This document shows, one piece after another, positions 1-10,900 of a DNA stretch of 33,346 nt. Numbering within the stretch: position 1 is the stretch's first letter; every line of letters begins with the position of its first letter. Source of the DNA: a virus (lineage: Duplodnaviria; Caudoviricetes); IMG/VR virus record IMGVR_UViG_3300026260_000017, positions 1 to 33,346 of that record; one strand, 5' to 3'. Made by a program: the position numbers and the translations under genes. The notes beneath the pieces were generated by a model. The model worked only from the letters and a program-made list of their open reading frames with translations, was not told the origin of the DNA and searched no databases.

Positions 1-1
1 T

Positions 2-3000
2 ATTGATTTCCAAGACAAGTTTGAATTTTTTACTGCTGGTGTATGGGGTGAACCAGGATGCTTTACTGATGTTGTAATGAAACCTGATTGTAATACAGGT
101 ACTCAAATTGTTCGTTATGATTGTGCAAACCATCCTGGAATGGGTCCTGCAGGCGGTAATATTACCCTACAAGACACATCAACTTATACTTACTATGGAT
201 GGCAAGGTTTTGCTGATGTCACTGTTTCAGGAGGCATAGTAAGTGATGTTACTTGGACTAATCCAGGTATCACATATAAAAATGGAGATAGACTACAATT
301 AGCATTTGTAAATATTGGCGGAACAGGATCTGGATTCCTTTACACAGTTAACAACGTTGTTAATACAGGTACAGTTACTAGTGTAACAATTACTGATAGT
401 GGTGCTGGTTACCAAAATGCAGATGTACTTAGCGTAGCTGATTCTACTGTAGGAAATGGTGGTGGATCTGGGTTCCAATTTACAGTTACCAATGTTCCTG
501 GTGATCTTACTGATTTTATTCTAAATGATAGAGGATCTGGATATCAAGTTGGTGATGTACTAAGACTACCTGAACAAATTGCAAATCAGTCTGTATACTT
601 ACCTGGCGAATCTGCATCATTCTCTGCAACTCTAAGCACAGGCAGTGCTCAGATTACTATCTCAGATACATCTAGTTTACAAGCAGGACTAAACGCAAAT
701 GGAACTGCTGGAGACGTTGGACAACTTGATCAGGCAACCACAATCATATCTATTGATAGTGGAACACAATTAACACTGTCTTCAAATCCAATTGTATCTG
801 GTGCAGCAAATATAACGTTCTCTACTTCAAATCCAAACGAACTTACTCTTGCAGATACAACAGGACTTTCTATTGGATATAAAGTAGAAAAAGTAAGTGG
901 TACAGGTGTACTAGCAGCAGACACAACTATTGCTAACGTTGATAGTGCTACCACTGTTACATTATCAGATGCTCCAACTGCACTTGGACCGACTGTTGTT
1001 AATTTTGTTCCTGCATTTGGCGACCCAGCGGACGATTTTAGTTACACAATTGACACTCTTGGTGAAGTAGGAAGTTTTACTCTAGTCGATGTAGGTAATG
1101 GATATTCACCAGCAGATGAATTTACTGCAAATGCTACAGACCTTACACAACCTATTACATATCCTGTAACATCTAAAGATGTTCAAAGAATTACATTAGT
1201 ACAAACTGTTGTTGGTGGTACCATCACAACTTCTGATACTATTTCAACTTTAGCTGGTGACATCACAAACTTTTCGTTCACTGGTGGTGACGTTACACAA
1301 ACTACAACTGGTCCTCTTGCTTGTAGCTGTGTTCAGGGAGCATTTACAGCAACACTCGCAGATACAACTGGTATTAGTGTTGGAGACTTAGTAACAGAAG
1401 ATGCAAGTGGTAACCTTGCAGTTGATGTCACTGTTGCATCTGTTGATAGTGCAACTCAAGTAACACTATCTGCTGCATTCCTTCAGACTGCTAGTATCAA
1501 CCTAACATTCACATCGGATGAGCAGGGATCATTTACTGGTGTTGCATCAACATCTGCTGGTGGTGGTAGTGGTGCAACATTTGATGTAGAGAGAAGCACC
1601 AATGGTTTAATTATTGGCGTAACTCTCAATGCTGCTGGTCTTGGATACTCTAATAGTGATACTTTAACTATTGCTGGTAACTTAATTGGTGGAGCTACTC
1701 CTGCAAACGATATTACAGTTACTGTTGATACTGTAAATGCTGCTGCAACCATTGCTATACTAGATGTTGGTTTGGATGGCAGTGGAAATATTTCTTCTAT
1801 TCTTCTAGAACAAGATCAAGCAAATATTCTTTCTTCTAGTGATACAATTATTAAGACTGGTGCTGCAGGAACTCAATACACTGTTGACGCTGCTGGTGCT
1901 TTAGCATATAGATTCTATATTGATACTGGATCTGGTGCTGTACTAACAGCATCATTCACAATGTATGTTGGTAGTACATATAGATTTGATTTAAGTGACA
2001 ACAGCATGTCTGGTCACCAATTTAGTTTCTCTAAATTCAGAGATGGTTTTAATTCTCCAAGTTTAGTTGAAAATTTAAGTACAACATTTGATCTAGTAAG
2101 TTATACATTAACACTAACATCTACCACTGGTATTTTACCTGGAATGATTGTTACCGTTTTAAGTGGAGACGGTGTTCTTGATTCTGATACTAGAATTGTT
2201 TCTGTAGATAGTGCTACTCAAGTTACGTTAGACAAATTACCAATAACAGCTGGTGTTACTGTTATTAATATCTCTGGTATTGAATACACTGATGGTGTTC
2301 AAAGAGTTGTTGATGCTCAAAACAATTATGTTGACATCAACGTTACTTCAGCAACACCAAACCTTTACTATTTCTGTGCTTCTAGTGCTGGTCACGAAGA
2401 CGAAGGTGGTGAAGATAACAACGAAGCATTGATAACTATTGATCCTAACAACCCTAAAGTTTTTGGTAGTGGATTAGTTTTAAGAGCTACAGATATTTCT
2501 TCTGTAAATATCATCACAATGGAAGTTCTTACTGGTGAGGTAACTGTTGCTGATATTAAATCTACTGAAGGTACTATTGATGTTCTCAGTGCTCCTGATC
2601 TTTCGTCTACTACTGTTGCAGCAACAGTAAGCGTTACAACTCCATTAGTTACCTCAGGTGCTGCTCTTACTCTAACGGGAACTTCTGTAGAGTCTACTGC
2701 AGATTTCACAGTTGGTGGATTAACTGTTACTCAGGCAGACGGTAATGTTGTTACTTCAGGTGAACTTAAGACTACAGATAAACTGAATATCAATGACAAA
2801 ATAAGCATTGAGAATAATATTATTTCTACTGATGCTGGTAGTGACCTAGTTCTAACCGCACCTACTGGTAAAATTACTAAATTTACTGGTTTTGGTTCTA
2901 TTAACATTCCTTCTGGTACAACCGCACAACGTCCTGGTGCTAGTGGTGCAGAAAATGGATCTATCAGATATAACACAGATAGTAATCAATATGAAGGTTA

Positions 3001-4441
3001 TAGTGCTTCTTCCTCTTCTTGGTCTTCTCTTGGTGGTATCAGAGACCTAGATGGTAACACATACATCACTGCAGAATTTTCTATTGGTTCTAATGATAAC
3101 ACACTTTGGTTCTATAATGATGGAGCTAATACTGTTAAGTTTACTCCAAATGAATTAGAATTTAGAACCAATAAGACTATTAAGTCTGCAAATACATCTG
3201 CTCCAGCATTCACTAATTGGATTGCTAACGCACCTGTATTAGTTGGTGCATATCTAAAGTATAAGAATAATCTTTATGAAGTAACAGTAGCTGGTACAAC
3301 TGGTACAAGTGGTAACGAACCAACACATACTACTGGAACTTCTTCAAACGGAACTGCAACTTTATCCTTCTGGGGTCTTGCAGTTGCACCTCTGACATTT
3401 GTTGACGTTGAGGAAATTAGATTAGATCCATTAGGTTCTTCTCCCTTAGTGATTAACGGAGATTTGAGACTTAGAGATAATATTATTTCTACAGATATTA
3501 GTGATCTTACTCTTCAACCTAATGCTGGTAAGAAAATTATATGTAATACAACTACTAGTATAGCAATTCCTTCTGGTACTAACTCTGAAAGGGGTGCAGT
3601 AATTCAAGGTGGTATCAGATTTAATACAGATGGTAGTCAGTTTGAAGGTTATGATGGAACTAACTGGGGTTCACTTGGTGGTGTTAAGGACGTTGATCAA
3701 AACACTTATATCATTCCAGAAACTGCACCTGGCGCAAATGAAAACATCTTGTACTTCTACAATGATGGAACAAACACGATGCGTCTTACTGCATCTGCAC
3801 TTGAATTCTATACTGTAGATACTATCATCTCTAGCACATCTAGTGAGTTTGAAATTACAGCAAGTTTGATGACATTCGACAATGCTGAAACAACTCTTGA
3901 TAACACTGATGTTGATAGAACATTCTTACATACCAGTAAGCAATACTTTGATCTAGGTCTTTCTGGTGGTTTATCAGTTGACCCAGTTCTCAGACTTGAT
4001 AATCAAGGTGATGTTTACTTCAACACCTCATTTGGTACAGGTAACTTTACTGGAGTTAAAGTTTTTGATGGAGATCTTAAGGAGTTTGAACTTGCAGACA
4101 CCAAGATCCTAAGTGAAAAAATTACTTTAACTAAGGGTTCTGCAAATACAGGTGGATCTGATATCTACAATGCTACAGCTGCAGTAGGAGCTAAAACAGT
4201 TGTAGTTGCTGAGAACTTAAATAACAATGATAGAGAATTTTTTGAGTTTGGTATTATAGATAATGGAACAGACATCTTCCATACAGAATATGGTAATGTT
4301 AGAACGGGGCAACAATTAATTGTTCCTACGTTCGAGAGAACATCTGGCAACCTTGCTAGAATCAATTTTGAAGTTGGTGCAAACCTTACTGTTGGTCAGC
4401 AAATTGAGATCACTATCGTATCTACTATTACTAAGAAATAA
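2..4441 (+). CDS. Giant virion structural protein (baseplate/tail-fibre associated), 5'-truncated by the window edge
   Basis: The frame is open from nt 2 (IDFQDKFEFF...) through the ATG at 77, so the true start lies upstream. Gly/Thr/Ser/Val-rich with GxGY...GD.L repeats, four ~45-aa beta repeats, C-x-x-H-x-G-M type motifs and a duplicated IPSGT..R..G.IR(Y/F)NTD..(Y/F)EGY..W.SLGG module typical of cyanophage fibre proteins. Confidence 0.8.
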   Translation: MDFQDKFEFFTAGVWGEPGCFTDVVMKPDCNTGTQIVRYDCANHPGMGPAGGNITLQDTSTYTYYGWQGFADVTVSGGIVSDVTWTNPGITYKNGDRLQLAFVNIGGTGSGFLYTVNNVVNTGTVTSVTITDSGAGYQNADVLSVADSTVGNGGGSGFQFTVTNVPGDLTDFILNDRGSGYQVGDVLRLPEQIANQSVYLPGESASFSATLSTGSAQITISDTSSLQAGLNANGTAGDVGQLDQATTIISIDSGTQLTLSSNPIVSGAANITFSTSNPNELTLADTTGLSIGYKVEKVSGTGVLAADTTIANVDSATTVTLSDAPTALGPTVVNFVPAFGDPADDFSYTIDTLGEVGSFTLVDVGNGYSPADEFTANATDLTQPITYPVTSKDVQRITLVQTVVGGTITTSDTISTLAGDITNFSFTGGDVTQTTTGPLACSCVQGAFTATLADTTGISVGDLVTEDASGNLAVDVTVASVDSATQVTLSAAFLQTASINLTFTSDEQGSFTGVASTSAGGGSGATFDVERSTNGLIIGVTLNAAGLGYSNSDTLTIAGNLIGGATPANDITVTVDTVNAAATIAILDVGLDGSGNISSILLEQDQANILSSSDTIIKTGAAGTQYTVDAAGALAYRFYIDTGSGAVLTASFTMYVGSTYRFDLSDNSMSGHQFSFSKFRDGFNSPSLVENLSTTFDLVSYTLTLTSTTGILPGMIVTVLSGDGVLDSDTRIVSVDSATQVTLDKLPITAGVTVINISGIEYTDGVQRVVDAQNNYVDINVTSATPNLYYFCASSAGHEDEGGEDNNEALITIDPNNPKVFGSGLVLRATDISSVNIITMEVLTGEVTVADIKSTEGTIDVLSAPDLSSTTVAATVSVTTPLVTSGAALTLTGTSVESTADFTVGGLTVTQADGNVVTSGELKTTDKLNINDKISIENNIISTDAGSDLVLTAPTGKITKFTGFGSINIPSGTTAQRPGASGAENGSIRYNTDSNQYEGYSASSSSWSSLGGIRDLDGNTYITAEFSIGSNDNTLWFYNDGANTVKFTPNELEFRTNKTIKSANTSAPAFTNWIANAPVLVGAYLKYKNNLYEVTVAGTTGTSGNEPTHTTGTSSNGTATLSFWGLAVAPLTFVDVEEIRLDPLGSSPLVINGDLRLRDNIISTDISDLTLQPNAGKKIICNTTTSIAIPSGTNSERGAVIQGGIRFNTDGSQFEGYDGTNWGSLGGVKDVDQNTYIIPETAPGANENILYFYNDGTNTMRLTASALEFYTVDTIISSTSSEFEITASLMTFDNAETTLDNTDVDRTFLHTSKQYFDLGLSGGLSVDPVLRLDNQGDVYFNTSFGTGNFTGVKVFDGDLKEFELADTKILSEKITLTKGSANTGGSDIYNATAAVGAKTVVVAENLNNNDREFFEFGIIDNGTDIFHTEYGNVRTGQQLIVPTFERTSGNLARINFEVGANLTVGQQIEITIVSTITKK
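650..2242 (+). repeat. Four dispersed ~45-aa protein repeats (T(L/I).(D/S)T..(L/I)..G...G.L......(S/N)(V/I)DS.T.(V/L)TL)
   Basis: Copies at about 650-790, 840-975, 1350-1480 and 2105-2242, e.g. TLADTTGLSIG...ANVDSATTVTLS versus TLADTTGISVG...ASVDSATQVTLS. Confidence 0.8.
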
Positions 4442-4443
4442 AA

Positions 4444-4944
4444 ATGGCAACTACAACCGAAAAATTTGATTCTAAAGGTGGTTTTGCTATCGGCAAAACT
4501 ATCATTATTGATGAAGAAAGAAATGCAAAAGATTTTAATACTCTAGAAGTAAAGAACAGACATTTCACAGATAGTTCACAAACTCGTTATATTTTAAGAG
4601 GTCTTAATACCTCTACTCTTGACTTGGATGGATTAGGAACAAAAATTTCTATTGCAAATAATACTATAAATTTTGTCACAGGAAACATTATTGCAGCTAA
4701 TGATTCAGGAACTGTATATGCTGTTAAGTTTGAGACTGCTGTCTCATGTGACGGATCAGGAAATGTAAATATTATGTCTAGTTTCCAAACAGTAATCAAA
4801 GATGATATTCCCATAGGTGAAACTTGGAGTATCGAACCTACTGGTGGAACAAACGTTTTTAGCTACAATACCGTAAGAGCTGGTACGACTGCAACTATTA
4901 AATGGGCTTCATCCACAGAAGTTATCAGTATTGCTTGGGCTTGA
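4444..4944 (+). CDS. Putative virion structural protein, 166 aa
   Basis: ATG 2 nt after the upstream stop; beta-rich composition; lies between two giant structural genes. Confidence 0.7.
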   Translation: MATTTEKFDSKGGFAIGKTIIIDEERNAKDFNTLEVKNRHFTDSSQTRYILRGLNTSTLDLDGLGTKISIANNTINFVTGNIIAANDSGTVYAVKFETAVSCDGSGNVNIMSSFQTVIKDDIPIGETWSIEPTGGTNVFSYNTVRAGTTATIKWASSTEVISIAWA

Positions 4945-4946
4945 TG

Positions 4947-4953
4947 CTAAATA
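4947..4953 (+). promoter_or_regulatory. T4-like late promoter variant CTAAATA
   Basis: Intergenic, 36 nt upstream of the ATG at 4990; the same motif recurs before other structural genes. Confidence 0.7.
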
Positions 4954-4989
4954 TAGAATAGGAAAAAAGTCAAGAGCACGGGAACCACC

Positions 4990-7900
4990 ATGAGTTTTCA
5001 TATTAATTCCGATAAAGAGAAGATTAGAGGTGTAAACTCTAAATTCATCGGTGATAATGAAGCAACTATTAGAATCGGCACAGGCGCAGACGAAAAAGAA
5101 GTCTTGCGAGCTGAACTAGATTCTGCCACGCAATTACCCCGTATCGGTATTAACCGAACTGGACAACGAATTAACAACATTGTTCTTGATACGGCAGGTT
5201 CTGGATATACCGTAAACCCGAATGTAACTATCGGACCTCCTAATGTTGAAGGTGGTATTCAAGCACTTGCTTCCGCATTTATTTTTAACGGTAAAGTAAC
5301 TACAATTGCTGTTAACAACCCAGGTTCTGGATATACTGTTGTTCCCCTTGTTACTGTTTCCGACGGTGGTGGTGCTGGTGCTACTGCAACCGCAGAACTT
5401 GATACTGTTGACTACGAACTTGACATCAACGGTGCTATTAGAACATCTACGTCTATCATTTCAGATACGGCGAGAATTCTAAACCTTGATATTGACAACT
5501 TTATTACTCCAGATCCTAACTTCAGGGGTCCTAACCTGAAGACTTATATGAATAACACAGGCACATTGTGGTCTGCTAATGTTATCATACAAAAAGATCA
5601 ATACAGATATTTTGGTGCTAATGTTTATCAATCATTAAACACTGGACAAACAGGATCTGAAGCTCCAGAACATAAGGATGGAATTGTAAAAAATGGTTCT
5701 GTTGACTTCAAACATATCGGTTTCCGCGTCAATGATCCAACTGAGTTTAGATATAACGATACTGGAGAAGCTGGTGTATTCCCAAGATCTATTACACCTC
5801 TACTAGGTGATAGATCAGACAAAGTTGCTACTACAGAATACGTCCTTAACCTAGCAACGAATGACGTTGGTGGTCGTATTTACGTTTCAGCACAGATTGG
5901 TTCTGACCTTAACGATGGTAGATCTGCTGTAAACCCAGTTAGAACTATTAAAAAAGCAGCACAAGAGGCATGGAAAACGCCTGGTGTTAAAGAAACTATT
6001 ATTGTATCTGGTGGTGAATATGTAGAAGACAACCCAATCTCTCTACCACCTGATGCATCAATCGTTGGTGACAACCTTCGTCTTGTAATAGTCAGACCTG
6101 CCAATCCTGGCAAACACATGATGAAGTTTGGTGATAAGAACTATGTGCTTGGTATTACTTATCGTGACCAAATTGATTCCAATGGTGACGCTGTTGCTAC
6201 TTGGGACTACGCCATGGTCTTTGACGACAAGCAAAGAATCGTGGTCGATTCTGAAGCTAATGGCGACATTGGCACAACATTCCCAGTTGGTCATCAGATT
6301 TTCGGACCTCAACAGTTCCGTGTTAGTTTCCAGAACAACACAGGTTTAGCTACACTGGTATCTGGTTTAATTGTAAAGGGTGTTAACACTGGTTCTAGAG
6401 CAAAAATATTTGATGTTGCATTTGCAACTACAATAGGTGCTAGTGCATACGTTAGTGGTACTGTTGATGTTCAACTACAATCTGGTTCTTTTGTTGAAGG
6501 TGAGCAATTTAATTATATCACATCTGCTGGTGCAGGTAGTGCTATTAACCTTGCTATCACTGGTCAACAAGGACCAAATACTTTAAGATTTTCACAAGAT
6601 CCTACTGGAACTATTCCAGGTGGTACAATTGTTCAATTAGTAGGAACACCATCAACAGGTGCTGCTTTCACAGGATTCTATGAAGTTGCTGAAATTGATA
6701 CTACACAATCTGCAAGTAATATTTGGGATGTAACATTCTTCCCACTCCTAAGTGCTCCTACATGGGATGCAACAGGTGTTGGTGGTACATATGTAATTAA
6801 TCAAGCTACTACACAAACTGAAACTATTGACACTACTGCAATTAAGTCAATTAGAGCTGAGGGTGAGGTTGTATCAGTAGACGACGATTACACTACAACT
6901 CTACCTATTTCTAGAATTGACTTCTCTTTACAAGGAGATGCAAGTATTACTCAAGGTGGTTTCCAAAATGCACAGTTTGGTAATGCTGAAGACATTGGTG
7001 GTATTGTATTCTATACAAACCAATTAGTTGGTAGAACAAATATACACGAGTTTAAAGAAGGTCAAGAAATCTTAATTGAAAACCTTCCTACTTCAAGTCC
7101 CGATTTATCAGAATTAAATGGTAAGCAAAGAATTTATAAAGTATTAGAAGATGCTGATGGTCGTTGCAGAAGATTTGTAATTCCTAAGAAGATGCCAGCG
7201 ATTACAGATCCCAATCTGGATCCTGGTCAGTTTGCAACTGTTAAGAGTTTTTCAAAAATAGTTACATTATCTCTACTCAACTCTCCAAATAGTTTCCCTC
7301 TATCTACTCCTGTAGAAAGAAGATTCCAAGACGCATGTGTATTACTACGCAATAACAGAGAGTTTATTGCCGATGAAGTATTAGGAAGAATCAACAAAGA
7401 ATTTTCTAATGATTATTATCAGGTATCTGAAATTAGTGGTGGTGGAGATACATTTAAAGTATACTTGGGTCAAACTCCAGTAACTCATACTTATGTTTCT
7501 GGTGGTACAGTTAAATTTGAAAATGCAACTATAAACATTACTAATTTTGTTTATGATAATTCTGTAACAGGTTATGCAACTATTACAATTGCTTCTGCAC
7601 TATCAGCTTTAGTAGAAGATGATACTGTAAAGCTAGCAGATATTCTACTATCATGTGATTCAGGTCAAAAGACTTATCCTTCTTACAGTTCTCCAACTAG
7701 CGGAGATAACACAGGAAGTGATGGTGATGAGCAATGTAAGCAAGATATTGTCCATTTTGTTAATGCTATTGTTAGAGATTTAGAATTTGGTACCAACCAC
7801 AATACTATTGAAGGTGCTAATAAAGTCATTGTTGGTGGTGACATTGCATATATTAAAGATGAGATAGTTCAAAACTTCCGTGCTATTGAATATGCACGAG

Positions 7901-10900
7901 AGCTTTGCATCTATGCAATGAGAAATTGGAAAATTGGTAATGGTACTACAACAGAACCAACTTATGTTCCAAAATATTCATCAATAACAAGATATTTTGA
8001 TAGTACAATTATCAACACAACTGCAGGAAATCCTGTTTGTGCTGATGTTAAATCTGCAATTGATACTTTAACATATCTTTGGGTAGATGTTATTACAAAG
8101 AACCAAAGTGCAACATTTCTAGATGCTGCATACTTAATTGAAAGGAATAAGTATTTAATTGCTGATCAAGCTTTACGTGATACATTAGGTCAGTTCCCAT
8201 TATTTGCACTTAACAATACAAACGAAAGAAAATGTAAGAGAGATCTTCGTATTACTCTAAGCAATCTAGCAAAAGATTTGGTATTAGGTGGTAACGAAAA
8301 TATTGTTATAGCTGCTGAAGAATATTTCACACAAACTGCTTTAACTGGTATTCCTGAGGCACAAAAAGCAGAAACAATTTATGCATACCAGAGAGCTAAA
8401 ACATATGCTATCGCAGCAATGCGTAACTGGACAGATGGAACATATGTCGATCTAACTCCAACTAACGCAACATACAATCCTTCTACTGGTGCATTAGAGG
8501 TACTTTTCCCTGATCCTCTTATTGCTCCTAGTGTAGGAGATAGAATTGCATTCAAAGAAGATGCTTTAAATTGGGAGTGTACTTATAACAGTGTAACTGG
8601 TCAGCATCCTGGTCCTTCAAGAACTGATCCTACTTATGGAAAGAGTTTTGAAATTACACAAGTTGCATCTGCAGGTGGTACAACTACAGTTTCCACTAAC
8701 GTTGGTAATGCAGGTGCTGCTTCTGGTTCATCTCATACATTTATTAGTGCAGTAGCAGATGGAACTATTATTGTATACAATCCTACTGTATTAACTTCTG
8801 CTTATCCTAAAGTTGAAGATTGGAATATTCTTCCAGATTCAAATGCAGGAGCTCCTACAGCACAGCATACACCATCAGCAGTAACCTACAACCCTGTTAA
8901 TGGTGATCTTACAATGACCGTAACTGGTCATAGTGTTACTACTAGTAACAGTGTTAAAATTGCACCAGAGTCAATGGTGTTTACTTGTGCTATGGATGGA
9001 AATGCTACAGAGCATAAGTATCCACAGGTAGGTCAACCAGCATACGGAAATTCTATCGCAGTTACATCAACAACTGCATCTTCATTTACAATTAATATTG
9101 GTGCTACAGGTGCTGATGCTCAATGGACTCCATCAGATGCTACATACGATCCAGCTACAGGTGCATTAGTTTTAACAATTGGAAGTGGTCATGGACTTGG
9201 TGTTGGAGAAGGTGTTGTACTTGATAACGACAGTCTATCGTTCACATGTACGATGGATGGAGATAGTGTTACTAAAACATATCCAAGAGCAGGTCACGAC
9301 CCATTTTCAGGAAGATCTATACCTATTGACAGTGTATCAGATACAACTGTTACATTAAACGTTGGTGTTTCTCCTGCAAATAAAAACTTTACCCCAACTA
9401 ACGCAACTTATAATGCATCAACTGGTGATATGGTTCTTGCCCTTGGGCAGCATGGTCTTGCAGTTGATAAAGGTATTGTAATTGCAAATGGAGCTCTATC
9501 ATTTACTTGTGATAAAGATAATAATTCTACTCTTCATACATATCCACGTTCATCTGATCCTGCTTCAGGCGAATCTTTAAGTATTACAAATGTTGCTTCT
9601 ACTCAGCATACAGCTACCAATGCTGTTTATACACCAACTACAGGAAGTTTAGTTATAACGAGTGCTGGACATAATTTCGCTAATGGAGATTATGTAAAGA
9701 TTGCTGATGATTCTTTGACATTTAATTGTGTTTTAGATAGTGGATCAACAAACAAAACATATCCTCGTAATAACTTTGATAATTTAAGTGGTAGATGGGT
9801 AGCAATCAGTAACGTAACCACTGACACATTTGAAATTAACACTGGTCCATCTTCTTACACAGGAGCACATACTTTTGTAAGTGCATCTTCTAATGGTATT
9901 CAAAGACAAACTGGAAATGTTACAGTTAATGTAGGTGCTTCACCTCTAGTTAATCATCAGGTAACTGGTGCAACTTATGATCCTGCTACTGGAGATTTAT
10001 TATTAACAATAGGTGCTCACACTTTATCTGTTGGAGAAGGTGTTAAGATTGCAACGGATTCATTAACCTTCACTTGTGCTATGGATGGTGGTGCTACTAC
10101 GCATACTTATCCTCGAAATATAATTGATAATTATACAGCAACTGATGCTGCTTATGATCCAACAACAGGTGTATTAGGACTCAGTATTCCTGCTCATGGA
10201 ATAAAGGTTGGAGACTGGATTAAGTTAGATGATGATTCTCTAACATTCACTTGTGCTGCAGATGGTAATGGTACGCAACACACATATCCAAGATCAACTG
10301 ACCCAATAAGCGGTAAGTATGTAAAAGTTACAGCAGTACCAAATACAGACTCAATTGCTATTCAAGTATTAGCAATAATTCCTTCAACTAACGTAACTAC
10401 TCATACATTCGTTTCTGCTACTGCTAATGGTGTTAAAGCTAAACGTGACAGAGCATATGATCAGGCAGTACCAATTACTGCTATTGGAACAGGAACAATT
10501 ACTCTCAATGTTGGTCCATCACCTACTGTTAATCACACAGTAACAAATGCAACTTATAATACTACAAGTGGTGACATGGAACTCACCATTGGTAACCATG
10601 CATTACAAGTTGGAGAAAGTATTAAACTTGCTGCAAATTCATTAACTTTTGAATGTCCTGCTGCTGTTGGAACCCATACATTTGTAACTGGTGCTGCTGG
10701 AGGAATTACTCCTAATGCTGGAAGTGCTGTTACAGCAGCTACAGGTACAACATATAACCCAACAACGGGTGATATGGTATTGGAGATTGGATCTCATAGT
10801 TTGACAACAAGTAACACTGTTCAGATCGCAAATGGTGCTGTTACATTTACTTGTGATGCTGATAACAATGGATCAAACCATGCTTATCCTCGTGCTACTG

